Shown one piece after another: positions 38,321 through 53,900 of a stretch of DNA of 64,000 bases. The stretch comes from Eledone cirrhosa (taxonomy: Eukaryota): assembly GCA_964016885.1 (NCBI GenBank), contig OZ024744.1:22382001-22446000 (forward strand). Reading direction: 5' to 3'. The notes under the pieces were generated by a model. That model was not told the DNA's origin. It searched no databases and worked only from the letters and a program-made list of their open reading frames with translations. Both the position numbers and the translations under genes were made by a program. Numbering within the stretch: the first letter of the stretch is position 1; each line of letters opens with the position of its first letter.

Positions 38321-41300
38321 TCAGTTAGGTTGACATAGATAACATAGAGTGAGATGTTGTCGTGGTGGTAAGTTAGGTTGACATAGATAACATAGAGTGA
38401 GATGTTGTCGTGGTGTTCAGTTAGGTTGACATAGATAACATAGAGTGAGATGTTGTCGTGGTGGTCAGTTAGGTTGACATAGATAACATAGAGTGAGATG
38501 TTGTGGTGGTGGTCAGTTAGGTTGACATAGATAACATAGGTGGGATGTTGTCGTGGTGGTCAGTTAGGTTGACATAGATAACATAGAGCGGGATATTGTT
38601 GTGGTGGTCAGTTAGCTCGACATAGATAACATAGGTGGGATGTTGTCGTCGTGGTCAGTTAGGTTGACTTAGATAACATAGAGTGATATGTTGTCGTGGT
38701 GGTCAGTTAGGTTGACATAGATAACATAGGTGGCATGTTGTCGTGGTGGTCAGTTAGGTTGACATAGATAACATAGGTGGGATGTTGTCGTGGTCAGTTA
38801 GGTTGACATAGATAACATAGGTGGGATGTTGTCGTGGTGGTCAGTAAGGTTGACATAGATAACATAGGTGGGATGTTGTCGTGGTGGTCAGTTAGGTTGA
38901 CATAGATAACATAGGTGGGGTGTTGTCGTGGTGGTCAGTTAGGTTGACATAGATAACATAGAGTGAGATGTTGTCGTGGTGGTCAGTTAGGTTGACATAG
39001 ATAACATAGGTGGGATGTTGTCGTGGTGGTCAGTTAGGTTGACATAGATAACATAGGTGGGATGTTGTCGTGGTGGTCAGTTAGGTTGACATAGATAACA
39101 TAGGTGGGGTGTTGTCGTGGTGGTCAGTTAGGTTGACATAGATAACATAGAGTGAGATGTTGTCGTGGTGGTCAGTTAGGTTGACATAGATAACATAGGT
39201 GGGATGTTGTCGTGGTGGTCAATTAGGTTGACATAGATAACATAGGTGTGATGTTGTCGTGGTCAGTTAGGTTGACATAGATAACATTGGTGGGATGTTG
39301 TCGTGGTGGTCAGTTAGGTTGACATAGATAACATAGAGTGAGATGTTGTCGTGGTGGTCAGTTAGGTTGACATAGATAACATAGGTGGGATGTTGTCGTG
39401 GTGGTCAGTTAGGTTGACATAGATAACATAGGTGGGATGTTGTCGTGGCAGTTAGGTTGACAAAGATAACATAGGTGGGATGTTGTCGTGGTGGTCAGTT
39501 AGGTTGACATAGATAACATAGAGTGGGATGTTGTCGTGGTGGTCAGTTAGGTTGACATAGATAACATAGGTGGGATGTTGTCGTGGTCAGTTAGGTTGAC
39601 TTAGATAACATAGAGTGAGATGTTGTCGTGGTGGTCAGTTAGGTTGACATAGATAACAGAGAGTGAGATGTTGTCGTGGTGTTCAGTTAGGTTGACATAG
39701 TTAACATAGAGTGAGATGTGGTCGTGGTGGTCAGTTAGGTTGACATAGATAACATAGAGCGGGATGTTGTCGTGGTGGTCAGTTAGGTTGACATATATAA
39801 CATAGGTGGGGTGTTGTCGTGGTGGTCAGTTAGGTTGACATAGATAACATAGAGTGAGATGATTTCGTGGTGGTTAGTTAGGTTGACATAGATAAAATAG
39901 GTGGGATGTTGTCGTGGTGGTCAGTTAGGTTGACATTGATAACATAGGTGGGGTATTGTCGTGGTCAGTTAGCTTGACATAGATAACATAGAGTGAGATG
40001 TTGTCGTGGTGGTCAGTTAGGTTGACATAGATAACATAGAGTGATATGTTGTCGTGGTGTTCAGTTAGGTTGACATAGATAACATAGAGTGAGATGTTGT
40101 CGTGGTGGTCAGTTAGTTTGACATAGATAACATAGGTGGGATGTTGTCGTGGTCAGTTAGGTTGTCATAGATAACATAGGTGGGATGTTGTCGTCGTGGT
40201 CAGTTACGTTGACATATATAACATAGAGTGAGATGTTGTCGTGGTGGTCAGTTAGGTTGACATAGATATCATATGTGGGATGTTGTCGTGGTGGTCAGTT
40301 AGTTTGACATAGATAACATAGAGTGAGATGTTGTCGTGGTGGTCAGTTAGGTTGACATAGATAACATAGGTGGGATGTTGTCGTGGTGGTCAGTTAGGTT
40401 GACATAGATAAGATAGCTGGGATGTTGTCGTGGTCAGTTAGGTTGACATAGATAACATAGGTGGGATGTTGTCGTGGTGGTCAGTTAGGTTGACATAGAT
40501 AACATAGGTGGGGTGTTGTCGTGGTGGTCAGTTAGGTTGACATAGATAACATAGAGTGAGATGTTGTCGTGGTGGTCAGTTAGGTTGACATAGATAACAT
40601 AGGTGGGATGTTGTCGTGGTGGTCAATTAGGTTGACATAGATAACATAGGTGTGATGTTGTCGTGGTCAGTTAGGTTGACATAGATAACATTGGTGGGAT
40701 GTTGTCGTGGTGGTCAGTTAGGTTGACATAGATAACATAGAGTGAGATGTTGTCGTGGTGGTCAGTTAGGTTGACATAGATAACATAGGTGGGATGTTGT
40801 CGTGGTGGTCAGTTAGGTTGACATAGATAACATAGGTGGGATGTTGTCGTGGTCAGTTAGGTTGACAAATATAACATAGATGGGATGTTGTCGTGGTGGT
40901 CAGTTAGGTTGACATAGATAACATAGGTGTGATGTTGTCGTGGTCAGTTAGGTTGACTTAGATAACATAGAGTGAGATGTTGTCGTGGTGGTCAGTTAGG
41001 TTGACATAGATAACATAGGTGGGATGTTGTCGTGGTGGTCAATTAGGTTGACATAGATAACATAGGTGTGATGTTGTCGTGGTCAGTTAGGTTGACATAG
41101 ATAACATTGGTGGGATGTTGTCGTGGTGGTCAGTTAGGTTGACATAGATAACATAGAGTGAGATGTTGTCGTGATGGTCAGTTAGGTTGACATAGATAAC
41201 ATAGGTGGGATGTTGTCGTGGTGGTCAATTAGGTTGACATAGATAACATAGGTGGGATGTTGTCGTGGTGGTCAGTTAGGTTGACATAGATAACATAGGT

Positions 41301-43850
41301 GGGATGTTGTCGTGGTCAGTTAGGTTGACAAAGATAACATAGGTGGGATGTTGTCGTGGTGGTCAGTTAGGTTGACATAGATAAGATAGCTGGGATGTTG
41401 TCGTGGTCAGTTAGGTTGACATAGATAACATAGGTGGGATGTTGTCGTGGTGGTCAGTTAGGTTGACATAGATAACATAGGTGGGGTGTTGTCGTGGTGG
41501 TCAGTTAGGTTGACATAGATAACATAGAGTGAGATGTTGTCGTGGTGGTCAGTTAGGTTGACATAGATAACATAGGTGGGATGTTGTCGTGGTGGTCAAT
41601 TAGGTTGACATAGATAACATAGGTGTGATGTTGTCGTGGTCAGTTAGGTTGACATAGATAACATTGGTGGGATGTTGTCGTGGTGGTCAGTTAGGTTGAC
41701 ATAGATAACATAGAGTGAGATGTTGTCGTGGTGGTCAGTTAGGTTGACATAGATAACATAGGTGGGATGTTGTCGTGGTGGTCAGTTAGGTTGACATAGA
41801 TAACATAGGTGGGATGTTGTCGTGGTCAGTTAGGTTGACAAATATAACATAGATGGGATGTTGTCGTGGTGGTCAGTTAGGTTGACATAGATAACATAGA
41901 GTGGGATGTTGTCGTGGTGGTCAGTTAGGTTGACATAGATAACATAGGTGTGATGTTGTCGTGGTCAGTTAGGTTGACTTAGATAACATAGAGTGAGATG
42001 TTGTCGTGGTGGTCAGTTAGGTTGACATAGATAACATAGGTGGGATGTTGTCGTGGTGGTCAATTAGGTTGACATAGATAACATAGGTGTGATGTTGTCG
42101 TGGTCAGTTAGGTTGACATAGATAACATTGGTGGGATGTTGTCGTGGTGGTCAGTTAGGTTGACATAGATAACATAGAGTGAGATGTTGTCGTGATGGTC
42201 AGTTAGGTTGACATAGATAACATAGGTGGGATGTTGTCGTGGTGGTCAATTAGGTTGACATAGATAACATAGGTGGGATGTTGTCGTGGTGGTCAGTTAG
42301 GTTGACATAGATAACATAGGTGGGATGTTGTCGTGGTCAGTTAGGTTGACAAAGATAACATAGGTGGGATGTTGTCGTGGTGGTCAGTTAGGTTGACATA
42401 GATAACATAGAGTGGGATGTTGTCGTGGTGGTCAGTTAGGTTGACATAGATAACATAGGTGGGATGTTGTCGTGGTCAGTTAGGTTGACTTAGATGACAT
42501 AGAGTGAGATGTTGTCGTGGTGGTCAGTTAGGTTGACATAGATAACATAGAGTGAGATGTTGTCGTTGTGGTCAGTTAGGTTGACATAGATAACATAGAG
42601 TCAGATGTTGTCGTGGTGTTCAGTTAGGTTGACATAGATAACATAGAGTGAGATGTTGTCGTGGTGGTCAGTTAGGTTGACATAGATAACATAGAGCGGG
42701 ATGTTGTCGTGGTGGTCAGTTAGGTTGACATATATAACATAGGTGGGGTGTTGTCGTGGTCAGTTACGTTGTCATAGATAACATAGGTGGGATGTTGTCG
42801 TCGTCGTCAGTTAGGTTGACATATATAACATAGAGTGAGATGTTGTCGTGGTGGTCAGTTAGGTTGACATAGATATCATAGGTGGGATGTTGTCGTGGTG
42901 GTCACTTAGTTTGACATAGATAACATAGAGTGAGATGTTGTCGTGGTGGTCAGTTAGGTTGACATAGATAACATAGGTGGGATGTTGTCGTGGTGGTCAG
43001 TTAGGTTGACATATATAACATAGCTGGGATATTGTCGTGGTCAGTTAGGTTGACATAGATAACACAGGTGGGATGTTGTCGTGGTGGTCAGTTAGGTTGA
43101 CATAGATAACATAGGTGGGATGTTGTCGTGGTGGTCAGTTAGGTTGACATAGATAACATAGAGTGAGATGTTGTCGTGGTGGTAAGTTAGGTTGACATAG
43201 ATAACATAGAGTGAGATGTTGTCGTGGTGTTCAGTTAGGTTGACATAGATAACATAGAGTGAGATGTTGTCGTGGTGGTCAGTTAGGTTGACATAGATAA
43301 CATAGAGTGAGATGTTGTGGTGGTGGTCAGTTAGGTTGACATAGATAACATAGGTGGGATGTTGTCGTGGTGGTCAGTTAGGTTGACATAGATAACATAG
43401 AGCGGGATATTGTTGTGGTGGTCAGTTAGCTTGACATAGATAACATAGGTGGGATGTTGTCGTCGTGGTCAGTTAGGTTGACTTAGATAACATAGAGTGA
43501 TATGTTGTCGTGGTGGTCAGTTAGGTTGACATAGATAACATAGGTGGCATGTTGTCGTGGTGGTCAGTTAGGTTGACATAGATAACATAGGTGGGATGTT
43601 GTCGTGGTCAGTTAGGTTGACATAGATAACATAGGTGGGATGTTGTCGTGGTGGTCAGTAAGGTTGACATAGATAACATAGGTGGGATGTTGTCGTGGTG
43701 GTCAGTTAGGTTGACATAGATAACATAGGTGGGGTGTTGTCGTGGTGGTCAGTTAGGTTGACATAGATAACATAGAGTGAGATGTTGTCGTGGTGGTCAG
43801 TTAGGTTGACATAGATAACATAGGTGGGATGTTGTCGTGGTGGTCAATTA
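34180..43850 (+). repeat. Tandem higher-order duplication, unit ~4,815 bp
   Basis: GGCAGTTAGG 34632/39447 (4815) and CAGTAAGG 38846/43660 (4814). Confidence 0.8.
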
Positions 43851-43989
43851 GGTTGACATAGATAACACAGGTGTGATGTTGTCGTGGTCAGTTAGGTTGA
43901 CATAGATAACATTGGTGGGATGTTGTCGTGGTGGTCAGTTAGGTTGACATAGATAACATAGAGTGAGATGTTGTGGTGGTGGTCAGTTA

Positions 43990-46900
43990 GGTTGACATAG
44001 ATAACATAGGTGGGATGTTGTCGTGGTGGTCAATTAGGTTGACATAGATAACATAGGTGTGATGTTGTCGTGGTCAGTTAGGTTGACATAGATAACATTG
44101 GTGGGATGTTGTCGTGGTGGTCAGTTAGGTTGACATAGATAACATAGAGTGAGATGTTGTCGTGGTGGTCAGTTAGGTTGACATAGATAACATAGGTGGG
44201 ATGTTGTCGTGGTGGTCAGTTAGGTTGACATAGATAACATAGGTGGGATGTTGTCGTGGTCAGTTAGGTTGACAAAGATAACATAGGTGGGATGTTGTCG
44301 TGGTGGCCAGTTAGGTTGACATAGATAACATAGAGTGGGATGCTGTCGTGGTGGTCAGTTAGGTTGACATAGATAACATAGGTGGGATGTTGTCGTGGTC
44401 AGTTAGGTTGACTTAGATAACATAGAGTGAGATGTTGTCGTGGTGGTCAGTTAGGTTGACATAGATAACATAGAGTGAGATGTTGTCGTGGTGGTCAGTT
44501 AGGTTGACATAGATAACATAGAGACAGATGTTGTCGTGGTGTTCAGTTAGGTTGACATAGATAACATAGAGTGAGATGTTGTCGTGGTGGTCAGTTAGGT
44601 TGACATAGATAACATAGAGCGGGATGTTGTCGTGGTGGTCAGTTAGGTTGACATATATAACATAGGTGGGGTGTTGTCGTGGTCAGTTAGGTTGTCATAG
44701 ATAACATAGGTGGGATGTTGTCGTCGTGGTCAGTTAAGTTGACATATATAACATAGAGTGAGATGTTGTCGTGGTGGTCAGTTAGGTTGACATAGATATC
44801 ATAGGTGGGATGTTGTCGTGGTGGTCAGTTAGTTTGACATAGATAACATAGAGTGAGATGTTGTCGTGGTGGTCAGTTAGGTTGACATAGATAACATAGG
44901 TGGGATGTTGTCGTGGTGGTCAGTTATTTTGACATAGATAACATAGCTCGGATGTTGTCGTGGTCAGTTAGGTTGACATAGATAACATAGGTGGGATGTT
45001 GTCGTGGTGGTCAGTTAGGTTGACTTAGATAACATAGGTGGGATGTTGTCGTGGTGGTCAGTTAGGTTGACATAGATAACATAGAGTGAGATGTTGTCGT
45101 CGTGGTAAGTTAGGTTGACATAGATAACATAGAGTGAGATGTTGTCGTGGTGTTCAGTTAGGTTGACATAGATAACATAGAGTGAGATGTTGTCGTGGTG
45201 GTCAGTTAGGTTGACATAGATAACATAGAGTGAGATGTTGTCGTGGTGGTCAGTTAGGTTGACATAGATAACATAGGTGGGATGTTGTCGTGGTGGTCAG
45301 TTAGGTTGACATAGATAACATAGAGCGGGATATTGTTGTGATGGTCAGTTAGCTTGACATAGATAACATAGGTGGGATGTTGTCGTCGTAGTCAGTTAGG
45401 TTGACATAGATAACATAGAGTGAGATGTTGTCGTGGTGGTCAGTTAGGTTGACATAGATAACATAGGTGGGATGTTGTCGTGGTGGTCAGTTAGGTTGAC
45501 ATAGATAACATAGGTGGGATGCTGTCGTGGTCAGTTAGGTTGACATAGATAACATAGGTGGGATGTTGTCGTGATGGTCAGTTAGGTTGACATAGATAAC
45601 ATAGGTGGGATGTTGTCGTGGTGGTCAGTTAGGTTGACATAGATAACATAGGTGGGGTGTTGTCGTGGTGGTCAGTTAGGTTGACATAGATAACATAGAG
45701 TCAGATGTTGTCGTGGTGGTCAGTTAGGTTGACATAGATAACATAGGTGGGATGTTGTCGTGGTGGTCAATTAGGTTGACATAGATAACATAGGTGTGAT
45801 GTTGTCGTGGTCAGTTAGGTTGACATAGATAACATTGGTGGGATGTTGTCGTGGTGGTCAGTTAGGTTGACATAGATAACATAGAGTGAGATGTTGTCGT
45901 GGTGGTCAGTTAGGTTGACATAGATAACATAGGTGGGATGTTGTCGTGGTGGTCAGTTAGGTTGACATAGATAACATAGGTGGGATGTTGTCGTGGTCAG
46001 TTAGGTTGACAAAGATAACATAGGTGGGATGTTGTCGTGGTGGTCAGTTAGGTTGACATAGATAACATAGAGTGGGATGTTGTCGTGGTGGTCAGTTAGG
46101 TTGACATAGATAACATAGGTGGGATGTTGTCGTGGTCAGTTAGGTTGACTTAGATAACATAGAGTGAGATGTTGTCGTGGTGGTCAGTTAGGTTGACATA
46201 GATAACATAGAGTGAGATGTTGTCGTGGTGGTCAGTTAGGTTGACATAGATAACATAGAGTCAGATGTTGTCGTGGTGTTCAGTTAGGTTGACATAGATA
46301 ACATAGAGTGAGATGTTGTCGTGGTGGTCAGTTAGGTTGACATAGATAACATAGAGCGGGATGTTGTCGTGGTGGTCAGTTAGGTTGACATATATAACAT
46401 AGGTGGGGTGTTGTCGTGGTCAGTTACGTTGTCATAGATAACATAGGTGGGATGTTGTCGTCGTGGTCAGTTAGGTTGACATATATAACATAGAGTGAGA
46501 TGTTGTCGTGGTGGTCAGTTAGGTTGACATAGATATCATAGGTGGGATGTTGTCGTGGTGGTCACTTAGTTTGACATAGATAACATAGAGTGACATGTTG
46601 TCGTGGTGGTCAGTTAGGTTGACATAGATAACATAGGTGGGATGTTGTCGTGGTGGTCAGTTAGGTTGACATATATAACATAACTGGGATGTTGTCGTGG
46701 TCAGTTAGGTTGACATAGATAACATAGGTGGGATGTTGTCGTGGTGGTCAGTTAGGTTGACATAGATAACATAGGTGGGATGTTGACGTGGTGGTCAGTT
46801 AGGTTGACATAGATAACATAGAGTGAGATGTTGTCGTGGTGGTAAGTTAGGTTGACATAGATAACATAGAGTGAGATGTTGTCGTGGTGTTCAGTTAGGT

Positions 46901-49900
46901 TGACATAGATAACATAGAGTGAGATGTTGTCGTGGTGGTCAGTTAGGTTGACATAGATAACATAGAGTGAGATGTTGTCGTGGTGGTCAGTTAGGTTGAC
47001 ATAGATAACATAGGTGGGATGTTGTCGTGGTGGTCAGTTAGGTTGACATAGATAACATAGAGCGGGATATTGTTGTGGTGGTCAGTTAGCTTGACATAGA
47101 TAACATAGGTGGGATGTTGTCGTCGTGGTCAGTTAGGTTGACATAGATAACATAGAGTGAGATGTTGTCGTGGTGGTCAGTTAGGTTGACATAGATAACA
47201 TAGGTGGGATGTTGTCGTGGTGGTCAGTTAGGTTGACATAGATAACATAGGTGGGATGCTGTCGTGGTCAGTTAGGTTGACATAGATAACATAGGTGGGA
47301 TGTTGTCGTGGTGGTCAGTTAGGTTGACATAGATAACATAGGTGGGATGTTGTCGTGGTGGTCAGTTAGGTTGACATAGATAACATAGGTGGGGTGTTGT
47401 CGTGGTGGTCAGTTAGGTTGACATAGATAACATAGAGTGAGATGTTGTCGTGGTGGTCAGTTAGGTTGACATAGATAACATAGGTGGGATGTTGTCGTGG
47501 TGGTCAATTAGGTTGACATAGATAACATAGGTGTGATGTTGTCGTGGTCAGTTAGGTTGACATAGATAACATTGGTGGGATGTTGTCGTGGTGGTCAGTT
47601 AGGTTGACATAGATAACATAGAGTGAGATGTTGTCGTGGTGGTCAGTTAGGTTGACATAGATAACATAGGTGGGATGTTGTCGTGGTGGTCAGTTAGGTT
47701 GACATAGATAACATAGGTGGGATGTTGTCGTGGCAGTTAGGTTGACAAAGATAACATAGGTGGGATGTTGTCGTGGTGGTCAGTTAGGTTGACATAGATA
47801 ACATAGAGTGGGATGTTGTCGTGGTGGTCAGTTAGGTTGACATAGATAACATAGGTGGGATGTTGTCGTGGTCAGTTAGGTTGACTTAGATAACATAGAG
47901 TGAGATGTTGTCGTGGTGGTCAGTTAGGTTGACATAGATAACAGAGAGTGAGATGTTGTCGTGGTGTTCAGTTAGGTTGACATAGTTAACATAGAGTGAG
48001 ATGTGGTCGTGGTGGTCAGTTAGGTTGACATAGATAACATAGAGCGGGATGTTGTCGTGGTGGTCAGTTAGGTTGACATATATAACATAGGTGGGGTGTT
48101 GTCGTGGTGGTCAGTTAGGTTGACATTGATAACATAGGTGGGGTATTGTCGTGGTCAGTTAGCTTGACATAGATAACATAGAGTGAGATGTTGTCGTGGT
48201 GGTCAGTTAGGTTGACATAGATAACATAGAGTGATATGTTGTCGTGGTGTTCAGTTAGGTTGACATAGATAACATAGAGTGAGATGTTGTCGTGGTGGTC
48301 AGTTAGTTTGACATAGATAACATAGGTGGGATGTTGTCGTGGTCAGTTAGGTTGTCATAGATAACATAGGTGGGATGTTGTCGTCGTGGTCAGTTACGTT
48401 GACATATATAACATAGAGTGAGATGTTGTCGTGGTGGTCAGTTAGGTTGACATAGATATCATATGTGGGATGTTGTCGTGGTGGTCAGTTAGTTTGACAT
48501 AGATAACATAGAGTGAGATGTTGTCGTGGTGGTCAGTTAGGTTGACATAGATAACATAGGTGGGATGTTGTCGTGGTGGTCAGTTAGGTTGACATAGATA
48601 AGATAGCTGGGATGTTGTCGTGGTCAGTTAGGTTGACATAGATAACATAGGTGGGATGTTGTCGTGGTGGTCAGTTAGGTTGACATAGATAACATAGGTG
48701 GGGTGTTGTCGTGGTGGTCAGTTAGGTTGACATAGATAACATAGAGTGAGATGTTGTCGTGGTGGTCAGTTAGGTTGACATAGATAACATAGGTGGGATG
48801 TTGTCGTGGTGGTCAATTAGGTTGACATAGATAACATAGGTGTGATGTTGTCGTGGTCAGTTAGGTTGACATAGATAACATTGGTGGGATGTTGTCGTGG
48901 TGGTCAGTTAGGTTGACATAGATAACATAGAGTGAGATGTTGTCGTGGTGGTCAGTTAGGTTGACATAGATAACATAGGTGGGATGTTGTCGTGGTGGTC
49001 AGTTAGGTTGACATAGATAACATAGGTGGGATGTTGTCGTGGTCAGTTAGGTTGACAAATATAACATAGATGGGATGTTGTCGTGGTGGTCAGTTAGGTT
49101 GACATAGATAACATAGAGTGGGATGTTGTCGTGGTGGTCAGTTAGGTTGACATAGATAACATAGGTGTGATGTTGTCGTGGTCAGTTAGGTTGACTTAGA
49201 TAACATAGAGTGAGATGTTGTCGTGGTGGTCAGTTAGGTTGACATAGATAACATAGGTGGGATGTTGTCGTGGTGGTCAATTAGGTTGACATAGATAACA
49301 TAGGTGTGATGTTGTCGTGGTCAGTTAGGTTGACATAGATAACATTGGTGGGATGTTGTCGTGGTGGTCAGTTAGGTTGACATAGATAACATAGAGTGAG
49401 ATGTTGTCGTGATGGTCAGTTAGGTTGACATAGATAACATAGGTGGGATGTTGTCGTGGTGGTCAATTAGGTTGACATAGATAACATAGGTGGGATGTTG
49501 TCGTGGTGGTCAGTTAGGTTGACATAGATAACATAGGTGGGATGTTGTCGTGGTCAGTTAGGTTGACAAAGATAACATAGGTGGGATGTTGTCGTGGTGG
49601 TCAGTTAGGTTGACATAGATAACATAGAGTGGGATGTTGTCGTGGTGGTCAGTTAGGTTGACATAGATAACATAGGTGGGATGTTGTCGTGGTCAGTTAG
49701 GTTGACTTAGATAACATAGAGTGAGATGTTGTCGTGGTGGTCAGTTAGGTTGACATAGATAACATAGAGTGAGATGTTGTCGTTGTGGTCAGTTAGGTTG
49801 ACATAGATAACATAGAGTCAGATGTTGTCGTGGTGTTCAGTTAGGTTGACATAGATAACATAGAGTGAGATGTTGTCGTGGTGGTCAGTTAGGTTGACAT

Positions 49901-50930
49901 AGATAACATAGAGCGGGATGTTGTCGTGGTGGTCAGTTAGGTTGACATATATAACATAGGTGGGGTGTTGTCGTGGTCAGTTACGTTGTCATAGATAACA
50001 TAGGTGGGATGTTGTCGTCGTCGTCAGTTAGGTTGACATATATAACATAGAGTGAGATGTTGTCGTGGTGGTCAGTTAGGTTGACATAGATATCATAGGT
50101 GGGATGTTGTCGTGGTGGTCACTTAGTTTGACATAGATAACATAGAGTGAGATGTTGTCGTGGTGGTCAGTTAGGTTGACATAGATAACATAGGTGGGAT
50201 GTTGTCGTGGTGGTCAGTTAGGTTGACATATATAACATAGCTGGGATATTGTCGTGGTCAGTTAGGTTGACATAGATAACACAGGTGGGATGTTGTCGTG
50301 GTGGTCAGTTAGGTTGACATAGATAACATAGGTGGGATGTTGTCGTGGTGGTCAGTTAGGTTGACATAGATAACATAGAGTGAGATGTTGTCGTGGTGGT
50401 AAGTTAGGTTGACATAGATAACATAGAGTGAGATGTTGTCGTGGTGTTCAGTTAGGTTGACATAGATAACATAGAGTGAGATGTTGTCGTGGTGGTCAGT
50501 TAGGTTGACATAGATAACATAGAGTGAGATGTTGTGGTGGTGGTCAGTTAGGTTGACATAGATAACATAGGTGGGATGTTGTCGTGGTGGTCAGTTAGGT
50601 TGACATAGATAACATAGAGCGGGATATTGTTGTGGTGGTCAGTTAGCTTGACATAGATAACATAGGTGGGATGTTGTCGTCGTGGTCAGTTAGGTTGACT
50701 TAGATAACATAGAGTGATATGTTGTCGTGGTGGTCAGTTAGGTTGACATAGATAACATAGGTGGCATGTTGTCGTGGTGGTCAGTTAGGTTGACATAGAT
50801 AACATAGGTGGGATGTTGTCGTGGTCAGTTAGGTTGACATAGATAACATAGGTGGGATGTTGTCGTGGTGGTCAGTAAGGTTGACATAGATAACATAGGT
50901 GGGATGTTGTCGTGGTGGTCAGTTAGGTTG
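43990..50930 (+). repeat. Third copy of the large domain-R block (offset 13,100 bp from the copy at ~30.9 kb), lacking the internal 1,021-bp duplication
   Basis: GGCCAG 31207/44307 and GGCAGTTAG 34632/47732. Only one GACAAATAT marker (~49,057). Confidence 0.8.
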
Positions 50931-53900
50931 ACATAGATAACATAGAGTGGGATGTTGTCGTGGTGGTCAGTTAGGTTGACATAGATAACATAGGTGGGAT
51001 GTTGTCGTGGTCAGTTAGGTTGACTTAGATAACATAGAGTGAGATGTTGTCGTGGTGGTCAGTTAGGTTGACATAGATAACATAGAGTGAGATGTTGTCG
51101 TTGTGGTCAGTTAGGTTGACATAGATAACATAGAGTCAGATGTTGTCGTGGTGTTCAGTTAGGTTGACATAGATAACATAGAGTGAGATGTTGTCGTGGT
51201 GGTCAGTTAGGTTGACATAGATAACATAGAGCGGGATGTTGTCGTGGTGGTCAGTTAGGTTGACATATATAACATAGGTGGGGTGTTGTCGTGGTCAGTT
51301 ACGTTGTCATAGATAACATAGGTGGGATGTTGTCGTCGTCGTCAGTTAGGTTGACATATATAACATAGAGTGAGATGTTGTCGTGGTGGTCAGTTAGGTT
51401 GACATAGATATCATAGGTGGGATGTTGTCGTGGTGGTCACTTAGTTTGACATAGATAACATAGAGTGAGATGTTGTCGTGGTGGTCAGTTAGGTTGACAT
51501 AGATAACATAGGTGGGATGTTGTCGTGGTGGTCAGTTAGGTTGACATATATAACATAGCTGGGATATTGTCGTGGTCAGTTAGGTTGACATAGATAACAC
51601 AGGTGGGATGTTGTCGTGGTGGTCAGTTAGGTTGACATAGATAACATAGGTGGGATGTTGTCGTGGTGGTCAGTTAGGTTGACATAGATAACATAGAGTG
51701 AGATGTTGTCGTGGTGGTAAGTTAGGTTGACATAGATAACATAGAGTGAGATGTTGTCGTGGTGTTCAGTTAGGTTGACATAGATAACATAGAGTGAGAT
51801 GTTGTCGTGGTGGTCAGTTAGGTTGACATAGATAACATAGAGTGAGATGTTGTGGTGGTGGTCAGTTAGGTTGACATAGATAACATAGGTGGGATGTTGT
51901 CGTGGTGGTCAGTTAGGTTGACATAGATAACATAGAGCGGGATATTGTTGTGGTGGTCAGTTAGCTTGACATAGATAACATAGGTGGGATGTTGTCGTCG
52001 TGGTCAGTTAGGTTGACTTAGATAACATAGAGTGATATGTTGTCGTGGTGGTCAGTTAGGTTGACATAGATAACATAGGTGGCATGTTGTCGTGGTGGTC
52101 AGTTAGGTTGACATAGATAACATAGGTGGGATGTTGTCGTGGTCAGTTAGGTTGACATAGATAACATAGGTGGGATGTTGTCGTGGTGGTCAGTAAGGTT
52201 GACATAGATAACATAGGTGGGATGTTGTCGTGGTGGTCAGTTAGGTTGACATAGATAACATAGGTGGGGTGTTGTCGTGGTGGTCAGTTAGGTTGACATA
52301 GATAACATAGAGTGAGATGTTGTCGTGGTGGTCAGTTAGGTTGACATAGATAACATAGGTGGGATGTTGTCGTGGTGGTCAATTAGGTTGACATAGATAA
52401 CACAGGTGTGATGTTGTCGTGGTCAGTTAGGTTGACATAGATAACATTGGTGGGATGTTGTCGTGGTGGTCAGTTAGGTTGACATAGATAACATAGAGTG
52501 AGATGTTGTCGTGGTGGTCAGTTAGGTTGACATAGATAACATAGGTGGGATGTTGTCGTGGTGGTCAGTTAGGTTGACATAGATAACATAGGTGGGATGT
52601 TGTCGAGGTCAGTTAGGTTGACATAGATAACATAGGTGGGATGTTGTCGTGGTCAGTTAGGTTGACTTAGATAACATAGAGTGAGATGTTGTCGTGGTGG
52701 TCAGTTAGGTTGACATAGATAACATAGAGTGAGATGTTGTCGTTGTGGTCAGTTAGGTTGACATAGATAACATAGAGTCAGATGTTGTCGTGGTGTTCAG
52801 TTAGGTTGACATAGATAACATAGAGTGAGATGTTGTCGTGGTGGTCAGTTAGGTTGACATAGATAACATAGAGCGGGATGTTGTCGTGGTGGTCAGTTAG
52901 GTTGACATATATAACATAGGTGGGGTGTTGTCGTGGTCAGTTACGTTGTCATAGATAACATAGGTGGGATGTTGTCGTCGTCGTCAGTTAGGTTGACATA
53001 TATAACATAGAGTGAGATGTTGTCGTGGTGGTCAGTTAGGTTGACATAGATATCATAGGTGGGATGTTGTCGTGGTGGTCACTTAGTTTGACATAGATAA
53101 CATAGAGTGAGATGTTGTCGTGGTGGTCAGTTAGGTTGACATAGATAACATAGGTGGGATGTTGTCGTGGTGGTCAGTTAGGTTGACATATATAACATAG
53201 CTGGGATATTGTCGTGGTCAGTTAGGTTGACATAGATAACACAGGTGGGATGTTGTCGTGGTGGTCAGTTAGGTTGACATAGATAACATAGGTGGGATGT
53301 TGTCGTGGTGGTCAGTTAGGTTGACATAGATAACATAGAGTGAGATGTTGTCGTGGTGGTAAGTTAGGTTGACATAGATAACATAGAGTGAGATGTTGTC
53401 GTGGTGTTCAGTTAGGTTGACATAGATAACATAGAGTGAGATGTTGTCGTGGTGGTCAGTTAGGTTGACATAGATAACATAGAGTGAGATGTTGTGGTGG
53501 TGGTCAGTTAGGTTGACATAGATAACATAGGTGGGATGTTGTCGTGGTGGTCAGTTAGGTTGACATAGATAACATAGAGCGGGATATTGTTGTGGTGGTC
53601 AGTTAGCTTGACATAGATAACATAGGTGGGATGTTGTCGTCGTGGTCAGTTAGGTTGACTTAGATAACATAGAGTGATATGTTGTCGTGGTGGTCAGTTA
53701 GGTTGACATAGATAACATAGGTGGCATGTTGTCGTGGTGGTCAGTTAGGTTGACATAGATAACATAGGTGGGATGTTGTCGTGGTCAGTTAGGTTGACAT
53801 AGATAACATAGGTGGGATGTTGTCGTGGTGGTCAGTAAGGTTGACATAGATAACATAGGTGGGATGTTGTCGTGGTGGTCAGTTAGGTTGACATAGATAA